Assembly (NCBI GenBank): GCA_023415575.1
Contig: JAEZKF010000027.1
Span: 9,685 to 73,684 of the forward strand
Length of the DNA stretch: 64,000 nt
Direction: 5' to 3'
DNA from: Bacillota bacterium
GTDB taxonomy: Bacteria > Bacillota > Clostridia > Oscillospirales > Ruminococcaceae
The notes beneath the pieces are model-generated. The model ran no database searches. It saw nothing but the letters and a program-made list of their open reading frames with translations, and was not told where the DNA came from. Position 1 is the first letter of the stretch. Each line of letters opens with the position of its first letter. Below are positions 1 to 13,075 of this stretch, in pieces. Both the position numbers and the translations under genes were made by a program.

Positions 1-1259
1 TTGGTGTCGTAGCCTTGGGAAACATACTCGCGCTCGAATTCATCGGCAAACTTCGCGTACAGCTTGTCGATATCGGTAAGCGCCGCTTCGCCGAGGATAA
101 CCATGAGCTCCTTTGCCTCCTTGCCTCTTGCATAGGCGGCAAACAGCTGGTTCATGGTGTTTGCGTGGTCGGCACGGGTCTTGCCCTCGCCGATACCCTT
201 GTCCTTAAGACGCGACAGCGACGGCAGAACGTCAATGGGCGGGGTGATGTTCTTGCGGTAAAGCTCACGGCTCAGGATGATCTGCCCCTCGGTGATGTAG
301 CCCGTAAGGTCAGGGATCGGATGGGTCTTGTCGTCCTCGGGCATGGTGAGGATGGGTATCATCGTAATACTGCCGCTCTTGCCCTTGAGTCTTCCCGCGC
401 GCTCATACAAGGATGCAAGGTCGGTGTACATATAACCCGGGTAGCCGCGGCGGCCCGGAACCTCCTTGCGGGCGGCGGAAACCTCACGCAGGGCATCCGC
501 GTAGTTGGTGATGTCGGTGAGGATTACAAGAACGTGCATGTTCTTTTCAAACGCAAGATACTCCGCGGCGGTTAAGGCCATACGCGGGGTTGCGATACGC
601 TCAACTGCGGGGTCGTTTGCAAGGTTGATAAAGAGCACAGCGCGGTCAAGGGCTCCTGTTTCGCGGAAGCTCTCGATAAAGAAGTTTGACTCCTCAAAGG
701 TGATACCCATTGCGGCAAACACAACCGCAAACGGCTCACTGGTGCCGCGCACCTTTGCCTGACGCGCAATCTGGGCGGCGAGGTTTGCATGCGGCAGACC
801 CGACGCCGAGAAGATGGGCAGCTTCTGTCCGCGAACAAGGGTATTCAGTCCGTCAATGGCGGATACACCCGTCTGGATAAACTCCTGCGGGTAGTTACGG
901 GCTGCTGGGTTCATGGGCAGACCGTTGATGTCGCGGCGCTGCTCGGGCAATATCTCTGGCCCGCCGTCGATGGGGCGGCCGAGGCCGTCGAATACGCGGC
1001 TGAGCATATCCTCCGAAACGCCGAGCTCCATGCTGCGGCCAAGGAAACGAACCTTGCTGTTGGAAAGGTTGATACCTGTCGAGGTTTCAAACAGCTGCAC
1101 CAGGGCATTCGGCCCGTCGATTTCAAGCACCTTGCAGCGGCGCTTTTCGCCGTTTGCAAGCTCTATTTCACCAAGCTCGTTGTAGTTGACGTTCTCGACG
1201 CCGCGAACCAGCATAAGAGGACCTGCAACCTCTTCTATCGTACGATATTCCTTCGGCAT
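1..1259 (-). CDS. ntpB: V-type ATP synthase subunit B (C-terminal end lies beyond the left window edge)
   Basis: Minus-strand frame is open from ATG 1259-1257 (TGATG overlap with the ntpA stop) to base 1. It translates [49 protein letters not shown]... and ...[19 protein letters not shown] at the edge, typical of V/A-ATPase B. It is absent from the ORF track because no stop lies in the window. Confidence 0.9.
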   Translation of the reverse strand, partial: MPKEYRTIEEVAGPLMLVRGVENVNYNELGEIELANGEKRRCKVLEIDGPNALVQLFETSTGINLSNSKVRFLGRSMELGVSEDMLSRVFDGLGRPIDGGPEILPEQRRDINGLPMNPAARNYPQEFIQTGVSAIDGLNTLVRGQKLPIFSASGLPHANLAAQIARQAKVRGTSEPFAVVFAAMGITFEESNFFIESFRETGALDRAVLFINLANDPAVERIATPRMALTAAEYLAFEKNMHVLVILTDITNYADALREVSAARKEVPGRRGYPGYMYTDLASLYERAGRLKGKSGSITMIPILTMPEDDKTHPIPDLTGYITEGQIILSRELYRKNITPPIDVLPSLSRLKDKGIGEGKTRADHANTMNQLFAAYARGKEAKELMVILGEAALTDIDKLYAKFADEFEREYVSQGYDT

Positions 1260-3031
1260 CAGAATTCCTCCTTCTGCAGAGCAAGCTCTTCGGTCTGGGC
1301 GTGCATATCGGCGATGATGCTGTCATACTCCGCCTGCAGCTTATCCATGGTCGCATACTTAAAGCGGCCCACGCGCTCATGCACGGGAAGCTTTACAAGC
1401 TTATCAATCGAAACACCCTTTGCAAGCGCCTGCGAGCTGATTTCGTACATCTCAAGAATCAGCTTCATCATCAGACGCTGCTTTTCAAGCGGGCTGTAGG
1501 TGTCCACGTCGTGGAAGGCGTCCTGATGCAAAAAGTCCTCGCGGATAGAGCGGGCGGTCTCAAGCTTTAAGCGGTCCGGCGGGCTCAGTGCATCCATACC
1601 GACGAGCTTTACAATCTCCTCAAGCTCCGCCTCATCCTGCAGCAGGCGCATCATCGATGCGCGCAGGGCGTTCCAGTCGGGATTGACGTTATCCGTAAAC
1701 CATTTTGCCATGGTGTCGACATACAGCGAATAGCTGGTCAGCCAGTTAATAGCCGGGAAGTGTCTGCGGTAGGCAAGCTGGGCATCAAGGCCCCAGAACA
1801 CCTTTACAATGCGCAGGGTAGCCTGCGAAACAGGCTCCGAGATATCACCGCCGGGCGGGGATACCGCACCGATAACAGAAAGCGCTCCCTCGCGCTCGTC
1901 TGAACCGAGCGTATTGACACGACCCGCGCGCTCATAGAACTGGGCAAGGCGGCTGCCCAGGTATGCGGGGTAGCCTTCCTCGCCGGGCATCTCCTCAAGA
2001 CGACCGGACATCTCACGCAGGGCCTCTGCCCAGCGGGAGGTGGAATCCGCCATCAGGGCCACCGAGTAACCCATATCGCGGAAGTATTCTGCAATCGTAA
2101 TACCGGTGTAGATGGACGCCTCGCGCGCCGCAACTGGCATATCCGAGGTATTAGCAATAAGCACCGTGCGCTTCATGAGCGAATGGCCCGTTTTGGGGTC
2201 CTTAAGCTCCGGGAACTCGTTGAGTACGTCAGTCATCTCGTTGCCGCGCTCGCCGCAGCCGATGTAAACCACGATGTCCGCAGCTGCCCACTTGGCAAGC
2301 TGGTGCTGAACAACCGTTTTTCCGCTGCCGAACGGGCCCGGTACTGCCGCTACACCGCCCTTAGCAATCGGGAACAGTGTATCGATGGTGCGCTGACCGG
2401 TTACAAGCGGCATTTCGGGCGGCAGCTTCTTTTTATACGGACGCCCCGAGCGCACCGGCCACTTCTGCAGCATGGTAATTTCGTGGCGCCTGCCCTTGTT
2501 GTCCTCTATAACCGCTATTGTTTCGGTGATGGTGAAGTCGCCCGATTCTATCGAGACAATCTGCCCCGAAACGCCGTAGGGCACCATGATGCGGTGCTCG
2601 ACAATCTCGGTCTCCTGCACAGAGCCGATGATGTCGCCCGCAGTGACCTCGTCGCCCACCTGCTTTGCGGCAACAAAGGCCCACTTCTTCTCGCGCGAGA
2701 GGGCGGGAATCTCCACGCCGCGCGTTAGGTTTGTGCCCGTCAGACGCATGATGTCGTCCAGAGGGCGCTGAATGCCGTCAAAGATGCTGCCCATCAGGCC
2801 GGGCGCAAGCTCCACGCTAAGCGGAGCACCCGTCGATTCCACCGGCTCGCCCGGTCCCAGACCGGAGGTTTCCTCATATACCTGAATGGACGCACGGTCG
2901 CCGTGTATCTCGATGATTTCGCCGATTAGGCGCTGCTTGGAAACGCGCACAACGTCGAACATGTTCGCGTCGCGCATTCCCTCTGCGATAACGAGCGGAC
3001 CGGCAACCTTTCTGATTGTACCTGTGCTCAT
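1259..3031 (-). CDS. ntpA: V-type ATP synthase catalytic subunit A
   Basis: 600-aa ORF with [19 protein letters not shown]..., Walker A GPFGSGKT and [10 protein letters not shown]. Start moved to ATG 3031 (MSTGT), which removes a 10-aa upstream extension. Confidence 0.95.
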   Translation of the reverse strand: MSTGTIRKVAGPLVIAEGMRDANMFDVVRVSKQRLIGEIIEIHGDRASIQVYEETSGLGPGEPVESTGAPLSVELAPGLMGSIFDGIQRPLDDIMRLTGTNLTRGVEIPALSREKKWAFVAAKQVGDEVTAGDIIGSVQETEIVEHRIMVPYGVSGQIVSIESGDFTITETIAVIEDNKGRRHEITMLQKWPVRSGRPYKKKLPPEMPLVTGQRTIDTLFPIAKGGVAAVPGPFGSGKTVVQHQLAKWAAADIVVYIGCGERGNEMTDVLNEFPELKDPKTGHSLMKRTVLIANTSDMPVAAREASIYTGITIAEYFRDMGYSVALMADSTSRWAEALREMSGRLEEMPGEEGYPAYLGSRLAQFYERAGRVNTLGSDEREGALSVIGAVSPPGGDISEPVSQATLRIVKVFWGLDAQLAYRRHFPAINWLTSYSLYVDTMAKWFTDNVNPDWNALRASMMRLLQDEAELEEIVKLVGMDALSPPDRLKLETARSIREDFLHQDAFHDVDTYSPLEKQRLMMKLILEMYEISSQALAKGVSIDKLVKLPVHERVGRFKYATMDKLQAEYDSIIADMHAQTEELALQKEEF

Positions 3032-3128
3032 TGTATCCAACCCTTTCCGGCCGCGCCCCAAAGGCGCGAGACCGTGGAATAGTTATTGCAACCGCCCCAA
3101 AACTCAGGGACAATGGAATTTAAATCTT

Positions 3129-3452
3129 TTACTGCTGGGGCCCGAAGATGATATCGGAACCGACCGCCTGCTCTACGCACTTGCGCACGCTCTTAAGACC
3201 CGCGCCCGTGTTGCCCGATACACCGGGTATCAAAATTACTGCGGGCAAGACGTTCTTTGCACACCGGTCAAGCTCGTTTTCCAGTACCCCTGCAAGCGAC
3301 TCGGTCACATACAGCACGGCGTAGTTATCCTCCGAAAGCTTGCGGAAGGTTCTCACCGCCTCGGTGGGGTCATCCACCGCAAATACATCCAGACCAAGGG
3401 CGGCAAAGCCGTAGATGCTGTCGCGGTCGCCCAGTACGCCTATCCTATACAT
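3129..3452 (-). CDS. ntpG: V-type ATP synthase subunit F
   Basis: 107 aa, MYRIGVLGDRDSIYGFAALGLDVFAV. Size and position between subunits C and A match the E. hirae ntp operon. 8-nt overlap with the upstream gene. Confidence 0.8.
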   Translation of the reverse strand: MYRIGVLGDRDSIYGFAALGLDVFAVDDPTEAVRTFRKLSEDNYAVLYVTESLAGVLENELDRCAKNVLPAVILIPGVSGNTGAGLKSVRKCVEQAVGSDIIFGPQQ

Positions 3453-4428
3453 ACATCTCCCTCAGCCTTTCCCTTACGGACTGCTCCGAAAGTTTATTGA
3501 TTTTTGCCGAGAGAATCATGCGCACCATGCGCAGCTCGTTCTCCCGCGCAAGCAGATAAGCCGCAAGCGGCTCTATCGTAAACGAATGGTATTTCTGCGG
3601 GCGGATTAAATCCATCACCGCATTGTCGGCATACCGCTCAAACTGGGCAAACGATACCCGCAGCGCCTCGGACGCACCGTCAAAGGAGGTAGATTCTAGG
3701 TACTGCAAGAGCGGTTCAAAGCCTTCTACCGCCGCTTGCGCAAGCGCGTCGGTATCTATGCCCTTACACGGGCACAGGGCCCTTTTGATAAAATCAAGGG
3801 TCTTGCCTGTCTTTTGGCAGCGCGCCGCCGTCTTGATGTTGGCAAGGGCAACGGTAAGATGGGCATACTCGCCAATAAGCCCCTTACCTGCCTTCCTGCC
3901 CGCCTTTTCGATTGCCTCAAGCGCCGCCCGGTCTACCATGATGTCACACAGCTGACCGTCTGCGGTATGGGCAAGGGCAAGGGAAGCTTCCTCTGCTACC
4001 GCGCGCATATCCTCGGGCAGGGCCTCGTAGTTGCGCTCGCGCACAGCATCGTAGATGAGGTCCGGTTTTACCGTGCCGCCCGAGCTGAACACCCCAACGG
4101 GGTCTTGGTTGGTATACACCAGCTTGATGGCCGCCTTGAGGTTGTGGTAGTCGTTTTGAAGCAAAAACACATCAAACACCGACATGTCCTCTACAAGCTC
4201 GCGCAACAGGGCCCATGTCTTTTCCCGCTCGGCTTCGAGCAGGTCGTAGGGGGCCTGATTTGCGTCACCCGTACCCCAGCCCTTTTCGGCTAAAAGGCGC
4301 ACGCAGTCTAAGGCGGTTTTTGCCGCCATCAATGAGTCGAGCATCTGCGCGTTCAGCAGTGCAAGCTCTTTAGCGCGAATGCGCGCGACCGCATAGGCGT
4401 AACCGTTATCGGACATACTTATGACCAT
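3445..4428 (-). CDS. ntpC: V-type ATP synthase subunit C (d/AC39-like)
   Basis: 327 aa, helical, in the operon position between E and F. Start codon uncertain (4428 or 4416). Confidence 0.8.
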   Translation of the reverse strand: MVISMSDNGYAYAVARIRAKELALLNAQMLDSLMAAKTALDCVRLLAEKGWGTGDANQAPYDLLEAEREKTWALLRELVEDMSVFDVFLLQNDYHNLKAAIKLVYTNQDPVGVFSSGGTVKPDLIYDAVRERNYEALPEDMRAVAEEASLALAHTADGQLCDIMVDRAALEAIEKAGRKAGKGLIGEYAHLTVALANIKTAARCQKTGKTLDFIKRALCPCKGIDTDALAQAAVEGFEPLLQYLESTSFDGASEALRVSFAQFERYADNAVMDLIRPQKYHSFTIEPLAAYLLARENELRMVRMILSAKINKLSEQSVRERLREMYV

Positions 4429-4562
4429 GCCTTTCCGGCTTTATTGCAAGGGTGCTCCTCCCCGATAAAGCCTACTCGTATCTGACTCCGGCACCCAAAG
4501 CCCCAAACGAACAGGGCTTATCTCATGCCGGCTAAAAACTCAAAAAAGGATAAGTAAAACGC

Positions 4563-5183
4563 CTACTGTGCAAACAGGATTTCCGAGACCTTGTCCTGCA
4601 GCGTTTCGCGGGCGGCATAGAACAACGCCTCGAACGAGCAGTTAATCTCGATGTCTCCGTCGGCACTCTCATCGCGGTAAACAAGCACAAAGCCGCCGTC
4701 AATATCCCGTGGGGTTTTGTCTAAGGACAGGGCGCCCCCCTTGGTTGCGGCAAGCACCCCAAGCTTGAGGCCGTACCCTACGGGCATGCGGTCAAGGTCA
4801 TTTTGCGAAAAGCAGATCTTGCCCTTCCCGGGCAGGACGTTGGCCTTCACCAGCCGCTCAATCAGGTCAAAGTAATCCCCATCTGGCAGGTCAAGCAGGG
4901 CCCGCTTTGCATCCGCAATGGTTTCGCCGATGAGCTGCTGCTTTTGCGCAAGCAGTGCTTGACGCTTTGCAAGCTGTGCCGCGGACTGTGCATTATTTGT
5001 GATATCGTCCGCCTGCGCCTTCGCGTTCTCCAGCGTCTTTTTCGCTTGCTCCCTTGCCTGAGAGGCAGCTGCGTCCACCGTGGCCTTGGCTTCGGCATTG
5101 GCCTGCGCAATCGCCTCATCCGCCTCGGTGCGGGCTTCATCCTCGATTCGTTTGATTATCTTTTCCAGTCCTGTCATTGACAA
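4563..5183 (-). CDS. ntpE: V-type ATP synthase subunit E
   Basis: 206 aa with an Ala/Glu/Lys-rich N-terminal coiled coil (EDEARTEADEAIAQANAEAKA) and a globular C-terminus. Operon position supports the call. Confidence 0.8.
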   Translation of the reverse strand: MSMTGLEKIIKRIEDEARTEADEAIAQANAEAKATVDAAASQAREQAKKTLENAKAQADDITNNAQSAAQLAKRQALLAQKQQLIGETIADAKRALLDLPDGDYFDLIERLVKANVLPGKGKICFSQNDLDRMPVGYGLKLGVLAATKGGALSLDKTPRDIDGGFVLVYRDESADGDIEINCSFEALFYAARETLQDKVSEILFAQ

Positions 5184-5208
5184 GCTCTCCTAATTTTTTT
5201 AGAGGGGG

Positions 5209-7708
<2,500 letters not shown>

Positions 7709-7768
7709 AAGCTCAGACCTCCTTTACTGTGAGAGATGGACAAGGGGATAAATTAACCCCTTAAGGCG

Positions 7769-8077
7769 CTAGACCAACTCCTTAATAATGAAGTTGACTG
7801 CCTTGTCCTTGTTTGCGGCGGCGGTCTGCTTAAGCGCTTCTGCCTCACTCTGCGCCTCGGCAAGTGCCTTTTGCATCATCGCTTCCCCTTCGGCGCGCGC
7901 GGCATCGATAAGCCGCTGGGCCTCGGCCTTTGCTTCGGCGGCAATGCGTTCTGCCTGCGCGGCCGCTTCCTCCTTGGCACGGAGTCTGATGCGTTCACAT
8001 TCGGCGGTCGCCTCCTGCTGGATGTTCTGTGCGCGCAGCTCGGCGTCACGCAGTGCGGTAATCGTATCCGGCACCAT
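7769..8077 (-). CDS. ntpF: Small coiled-coil V-ATPase stalk subunit (G/H-like, NtpF position)
   Basis: 102 aa, Ala/Glu-rich helix (AEAKAEAQRLIDAARAEGEAMMQKALAEAQSEAEALK). First gene of the operon, as in ntpFIKECGABD. Confidence 0.55.
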   Translation of the reverse strand: MVPDTITALRDAELRAQNIQQEATAECERIRLRAKEEAAAQAERIAAEAKAEAQRLIDAARAEGEAMMQKALAEAQSEAEALKQTAAANKDKAVNFIIKELV

Positions 8078-8172
8078 TTTTAAATATCACCACCATATTT
8101 TAAAGAAATATTCCTTTTGACCTGATTCCGCCCTGTACGGGAGGATGGAACCATAGATGAACAATCAAAACT

Positions 8173-8201
8173 ATTCTACTACAAAATATCGACTTAATCA
8201 A
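8173..8201 (-). promoter_or_regulatory. Candidate sigma-70 promoter of the V-ATPase operon
   Basis: Minus strand reads TTGATT-17 nt-TAGAAT in the AT-rich gap, about 95 nt upstream of ntpF. Confidence 0.4.
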
Positions 8202-8383
8202 TCGAATTAACGTAATTTTCTCTAAAAAAGTTATGGTTTAATTGTGAAAAATTCAACAATCTATCCAATTGAATTATTGCCTATTTTGTGAAGATATGTC
8301 GTCATTTAACCATCCGCAAAGCCACTTTGGTGTGTATCGGAATAGTTCCCTTTTTTGATTACCCCTCCGGTCTGCCCAGATAC

Positions 8384-8418
8384 AAAAAGGGATACATCCG
8401 AGCCGTTCGGATGTATCC
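8384..8418 (-). terminator. Intrinsic terminator after degV
   Basis: Minus strand: GGATACATCCGA-loop-TCGGATGTATCC followed by CTTTTTG. Confidence 0.6.
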
Positions 8419-8440
8419 TCTTGTGTAAGCAAATCGGTGA

Positions 8441-9316
8441 TTATTTTTGGGTTCCAAAGAAGAAGACTGCCATGGTGCCCGGGCCCGAGTGCGACCCGAT
8501 AACAGGCCCTATCGGCGTAACCGTGACATCCGCCACGGTGGGGAAACGGTCTCTTATAAGTGATGCAACATACTCGGCATCCTGCTGCGAGTCGCCGTGG
8601 CCGACAAAGATGTGCTGACCGTCCGGGGTTGCGCATAACTCCTGCATATGGTCAACGAGCTTTTCGAGCGACTTTGTTCTGCCGCGCACCTTCTCCATGG
8701 GAATAAGACGTCCCTCGTTATCCACATGCAGCACGGGCTTTACGCCGAGCGCCGTACCTATAATCGCCCCCATTGCGCTGAGACGGCCGCCCCGCTTTAA
8801 GTGGTGGAGATCATCCACGGTAAACCAGTGGCACAGGTGGTCGCGGTTTTCAATCACCCAGTCGCGCAGGGCATCGATGTCCATCCCCTCCGCCTTCTTC
8901 TTGGCAGCGGTATATACAAGAAGACCTTCTCCCACACTTGCCGCGCGCGAGTCGACGGCGTAAATCTTTCTGTCGGGGTACTTCTCGGCAAAGTCCTTTG
9001 CCGCAAGCTCCGCAGCGCTGTAGGTACCGCTGAGGGCGGAGGAAAAGGCGATGTACAGGATATCCTTGCCGCTTTGCAGCACAGGCTCCCAATACTCCGA
9101 GAAGGTATTATAGGTCACCTGCGAGGTTTTTGAGAGGTTGCCTGCGCGTAGTTGCTCATAGAACTCATGAAAGCCGTAGTTGCGCGCATCGGGGTAATGC
9201 AGGTAGGACTTACCCCCCAGCACGAACTCCATAGGCAGAACGGCAATCCCATACTCCTCAACAAGGGCTGCCGGCAGGTCACAGGTGGAATCAGTAAAAA
9301 TCAAATAATCTCTCAT
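8441..9316 (-). CDS. DegV family fatty-acid-binding protein
   Basis: MRDYLIFTDSTCDLPAALVEEYGIAVLPMEF... and ...HLKRGGRLS are typical DegV sequence. Start moved to ATG 9316. Confidence 0.85.
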   Translation of the reverse strand: MRDYLIFTDSTCDLPAALVEEYGIAVLPMEFVLGGKSYLHYPDARNYGFHEFYEQLRAGNLSKTSQVTYNTFSEYWEPVLQSGKDILYIAFSSALSGTYSAAELAAKDFAEKYPDRKIYAVDSRAASVGEGLLVYTAAKKKAEGMDIDALRDWVIENRDHLCHWFTVDDLHHLKRGGRLSAMGAIIGTALGVKPVLHVDNEGRLIPMEKVRGRTKSLEKLVDHMQELCATPDGQHIFVGHGDSQQDAEYVASLIRDRFPTVADVTVTPIGPVIGSHSGPGTMAVFFFGTQK

Positions 9317-9514
9317 CTCTTGTTCTCCCGTTTTGCAAGATTGCACGTTAATACGTGGACATACAGACCAAATCCATTCGGTAGCAGGGCGGATGCAGGG
9401 ATGATGTAGTAAGATGAAGTATTAACGCTGTTTTCATGTCCATCCTCTGGGTAGTTTGTACCAGTAAATCTATTTATTGTAATTATATATGCACATTCTG
9501 CCGATTGCAAGCAC

Positions 9515-9548
9515 AATAAAACGAGGCGGCTCAATTCGCCGCCCCGTT
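9515..9548 (-). terminator. Intrinsic terminator after typA
   Basis: Minus strand: AACGGGGCGGC-loop-GCCGCCTCGTT followed by TTATTG. Confidence 0.55.
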
Positions 9549-9568
9549 GCAATTCTGTTTATAAAAAC

Positions 9569-11407
9569 CTATGCCTGCTGGGTCGCGAGCTTCTTGGCGT
9601 TCACGGCCTTTGCGCGCAGGTCGCGGTTTAGGATGCGCTTGCGGATGCGCAGGTTCTTGGGGGTAACCTCCAAAAGCTCATCCTCGGCGATGAACTCAAG
9701 CGCCTCCTCAAGGCTTAAAATGCGCGGCGGAATCAGACGCAGTGCCTCGTCGCTGCCCGATGCGCGCATATTGGTGATGTGCTTTTTCTTGCACACGTTT
9801 ACCACAACATCCTCGGCCTTGGGGGATTGTCCTACAATCATTCCCTCGTACACCGGAACGCCCGGGCCTAAGAACAAGGCGCCGCGCTCCTGTGCATTAT
9901 ATAAGCCGTAGGTCACCGTCTCGCCCGTCTCAAACGCAATGAGCGAACCGGTCAAGCGGCGGGGAATATCCCCTTTATACGGTGCATAGCAGTCAAACAC
10001 CGTATTCATGATGCCCTCACCGCGCGTATCGGTCAAAAACTCGCTGCGGTAGCCGAACAGGCCTCTCGAGGGCACACTGAACTCAACCCGCATTCTGCTT
10101 CCGACCGGGTGCATGCTCAAAAGCTCACCCTTGCGTCTGCCCATCTTCTCCATTACAGCGCCCAGAGATTCCTCCGGCACATCGATAAGCAGGCGCTCCA
10201 TCGGCTCAAGCAGGGTGTCGCCTTCCTTTTTATATAGTACCTGCGGCATGCTAACCTGAAACTCGTAGCCCTCGCGACGCATGGTCTCAATTAAGATAGA
10301 AAGGTGCATCTCGCCGCGGCCCGAAACGCGGAAGCTGTCGGCGGAATCGGTCTCTTCCACGTGCAGGGATACATCCTTTAACAGTTCGCGGAAAAGGCGG
10401 TCGCGCAGGTGGCGGCTGGTTACATACTTGCCCTCCTTGCCTGCAAAGGGGCTGTCGTTGACCGAGAAGGTCATCTCCACCGTGGGCTCGCTGATCTTTA
10501 CAAAGGGCAGGGCCTCCACCTGATTGGGGTCGCACACCGTATTGCCGATGGAAATGCCCTCGATGCCAGAGAAGCACACAATATCGCCGATGGCGGCCTC
10601 CTCCACCGGACGGCGGGCAAGCCCCTCTATCTGATACAGGGCCACTACCTTGGCACGGTAGGGCTTCTCCCTCTCGTGCCAGTCGCAGACGGTTACCTCC
10701 ATATTCTCGCGGATGCGGCCCCGCTCGACACGGCCGATGGCAATACGGCCGACATAATCGTTGTAGTCGATGGATGACACCAGAAGCTGCAAGGGCTCAT
10801 CAATCTCCCCTTCCGGGGCGGGAACATAATCGATAATCTTATCAAACAAGGGGGAAAGGTCGGTGCCGGGTACATCGGGGTCAAGGGTTGCCGTGCCCTG
10901 ACGTCCCGAGCAGTATACCACCGGGCTTTCGAGCTGCTCCTCGGTTGCATCGAGGTCGAGCAGAAGCTCGAGCACCTCGTCGGCAATCTCATGCACCCTT
11001 GCGTCGGGGCGGTCAGTCTTGTTGACCACCACAATCACCTTGTGCCCGAGTGAAAGTGCGCGTTCCAAAACAAAGCGGGTCTGGGGCATCGGGCCTTCAA
11101 AGGCATCGACAAGCAGCAGTACGCCGTTTACCATCTTTAAGATGCGCTCCACCTCGCCGCCGAAATCGGCATGCCCGGGGGTATCGACAATGTTAATCTT
11201 GGTGTCTTTCCAGTACACCGAGGTGTTCTTGGCAAGGATGGTGATGCCGCGCTCGCGCTCAAGGTCGCCTGAGTCCATCACGCGCTCGTTTACCACCTGG
11301 TTTTCGCGGAAGGCACCGCCCTGCTTGAGCATCTCATCCACAAGCGTGGTCTTGCCGTGGTCGACGTGGGCAATAATAGCTACATTTCTAATATCATTTC
11401 TAATCAA
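9569..11407 (-). CDS. typA: Translational GTPase TypA/BipA
   Basis: 612 aa with IRNVAIIAHVDHGKTTLVD, DTPGHADFGGEV and NKTD GTPase motifs, EF-G-like domains and the TypA C-terminal domain. Confidence 0.95.
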   Translation of the reverse strand: MIRNDIRNVAIIAHVDHGKTTLVDEMLKQGGAFRENQVVNERVMDSGDLERERGITILAKNTSVYWKDTKINIVDTPGHADFGGEVERILKMVNGVLLLVDAFEGPMPQTRFVLERALSLGHKVIVVVNKTDRPDARVHEIADEVLELLLDLDATEEQLESPVVYCSGRQGTATLDPDVPGTDLSPLFDKIIDYVPAPEGEIDEPLQLLVSSIDYNDYVGRIAIGRVERGRIRENMEVTVCDWHEREKPYRAKVVALYQIEGLARRPVEEAAIGDIVCFSGIEGISIGNTVCDPNQVEALPFVKISEPTVEMTFSVNDSPFAGKEGKYVTSRHLRDRLFRELLKDVSLHVEETDSADSFRVSGRGEMHLSILIETMRREGYEFQVSMPQVLYKKEGDTLLEPMERLLIDVPEESLGAVMEKMGRRKGELLSMHPVGSRMRVEFSVPSRGLFGYRSEFLTDTRGEGIMNTVFDCYAPYKGDIPRRLTGSLIAFETGETVTYGLYNAQERGALFLGPGVPVYEGMIVGQSPKAEDVVVNVCKKKHITNMRASGSDEALRLIPPRILSLEEALEFIAEDELLEVTPKNLRIRKRILNRDLRAKAVNAKKLATQQA

Positions 11408-11751
11408 ACGAATTTACTCCTTCTATGCTTTGCGCACCCGCGCACCTATCAAAAAAATCACACCCTACTATTATAACGCCGTGTATTGATGATTTCCACA
11501 ACACGTTTTGCTAAACAATGCACCATGCCGCCGCTTCTTTTTGCTGTTTTTAACAAAAACGGTGCGATAGTTAAAAGTTGCTACTTCTTTTGGGATGATC
11601 TTCCGCAAATGCTTGACCTGACACGGTTTGTCCCAATTTGCATTTTGCGGGCAAAAATGAAATCACTTGCAAGAAACAGAGCGAGAACGTGCAAATTGGC
11701 GAGAAAATAAGAGAAAAGTATATAATAAATTAAATTTCCGGCAAATGTGTA

Positions 11752-11780
11752 TTGACACCGCATTTTCGGCACGATATAAT
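11752..11780 (+). promoter_or_regulatory. Consensus sigma-70 promoter of rplM-rpsI
   Basis: TTGACA (11752-11757), 17-nt spacer, TATAAT (11775-11780). Leaves a leader of about 100 nt. Confidence 0.7.
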
Positions 11781-11883
11781 AGGGACTGCCGGTTTTGCAC
11801 AGGTGTTTTGCGCCTGTTTGCGGCCAATGATGCCCGTTATATTATTTTCAGATACACATGAACCGATACGGAGGGAACAAACC

Positions 11884-12315
11884 ATGTCAACCTTTATGCC
11901 AAAAGCGAGCGATATCAAGCGCACTTGGTATATTCTCGATGCGGCCGGAAAGCCGCTCGGACGCACGGCAGAGCGTGCCGCATACATCCTGCGCGGCAAG
12001 CATAAGCCCATCTTCACCCCCAACATTGATTGCGGCGACAGCGTAATCATCCTCAATGCCGAGAAGGCCATCCTCACCGGCAACAAGGCAACCCAGAAGT
12101 TCTACCGCCGTCACACCGGCTGGGTAGGCGGCCTCAAAGAGACCCCCTACAAGGACATGCTCAAGTATAAGCCTGAGCTCGCCATGACACTTGCTGTAAA
12201 AGGCATGCTGCCCCACAATTCGCTGGGTGCCAACTGCTTAAAGCGTCTGCGCGTTTACCGCGGCGCCGAGCATACCCAGCAGGCTCAGCAGCCCGTAGCA
12301 TGGACACAGGAATAA
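11884..12315 (+). CDS. rplM: 50S ribosomal protein L13
   Basis: MSTFMPKASDIKRTWYILDAAGKPLGRTAERAAYILRGKHKPIFTPN. GGAGG ribosome binding site upstream of ATG 11884. Confidence 0.95.
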   Translation: MSTFMPKASDIKRTWYILDAAGKPLGRTAERAAYILRGKHKPIFTPNIDCGDSVIILNAEKAILTGNKATQKFYRRHTGWVGGLKETPYKDMLKYKPELAMTLAVKGMLPHNSLGANCLKRLRVYRGAEHTQQAQQPVAWTQE

Positions 12316-12422
12316 TTGCTGTCGGAATAACCTCTAACACTTCCTGCGGCCAAGCCGCACCGCAATTTTAATGGCGCGCCGTGCCTAGTGGGGGCAGCGC
12401 CGGAAAGGAATGATTTTTAATC

Positions 12423-12824
12423 ATGTATGAATCCAAACCCTATCTTTACGGTACCGGCAGAAGAAAAAGCTCGGTAGCTCGCGTAAGACTGTATAAGGGC
12501 ACAGGTAACATCACCATAAACGGCAGAACCATCGACGATTACTTTGGTCTTGAGACCTTGAAGCTGATTGTTCGTCAGCCCCTTGCGCTGACAAACAACC
12601 TCGGCAGCTTTGATGTTGTCTGCACCGTAGCAGGCGGCGGCGTAACCGGTCAGGCCGGTGCTATCCGTCATGGTATCTCCAGAGCACTCCTGCAGGTTAA
12701 CGATGGTGAGCTTCGCCCCGTTCTCAAGAGCGCAGGCTTCCTCACCCGTGACCCTCGTATGAAGGAGCGCAAAAAGTACGGACTCAAGGCAGCCCGCCGT
12801 GCACCTCAGTTCTCCAAGAGGTAA
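12423..12824 (+). CDS. rpsI: 30S ribosomal protein S9
   Basis: 133 aa, [15 protein letters not shown] ... [19 protein letters not shown] ... [25 protein letters not shown]. Confidence 0.95.
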   Translation: MYESKPYLYGTGRRKSSVARVRLYKGTGNITINGRTIDDYFGLETLKLIVRQPLALTNNLGSFDVVCTVAGGGVTGQAGAIRHGISRALLQVNDGELRPVLKSAGFLTRDPRMKERKKYGLKAARRAPQFSKR

Positions 12825-12846
12825 TTGGCATATATTTTCAAACAAA

Positions 12847-12875
12847 AGAGCTACAGAACTGTGGCTCTTTTATTT
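12847..12875 (+). terminator. Intrinsic terminator after rpsI
   Basis: AGAGCTACAG/CTGTGGCTCT hairpin followed by TTTTATTT. Confidence 0.6.
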
Positions 12876-12886
12876 GGCAGCATAAG

Positions 12887-12932
12887 CACTATATGTAGTA
12901 TTTTCCGTTTGTAGGCAGTACTACATATAGTG
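12887..12932. repeat. Perfect 14-bp inverted repeat with an 18-nt spacer
   Basis: CACTATATGTAGTA (12887-12900) and TACTACATATAGTG (12919-12932). Lies about 70 bp upstream of the ABC operon promoter. Confidence 0.8.
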
Positions 12933-13000
12933 TAATTCCAGAATGTATTACTGTACTCTTCCCGAGATAAATCACTAAGGTCAAAAGTAAAGCGCAATCC

Positions 13001-13029
13001 TTGACATCACCGTTTTAAAGTGATACTAT
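13001..13029 (+). promoter_or_regulatory. Candidate sigma-70 promoter of the ABC importer operon
   Basis: TTGACA (13001-13006), 17-nt spacer, TACTAT (13024-13029). Confidence 0.55.
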
Positions 13030-13075
13030 TTACACAACTCTTTGAGTACAATATTAATTTTCTGAGGAGGACGCT

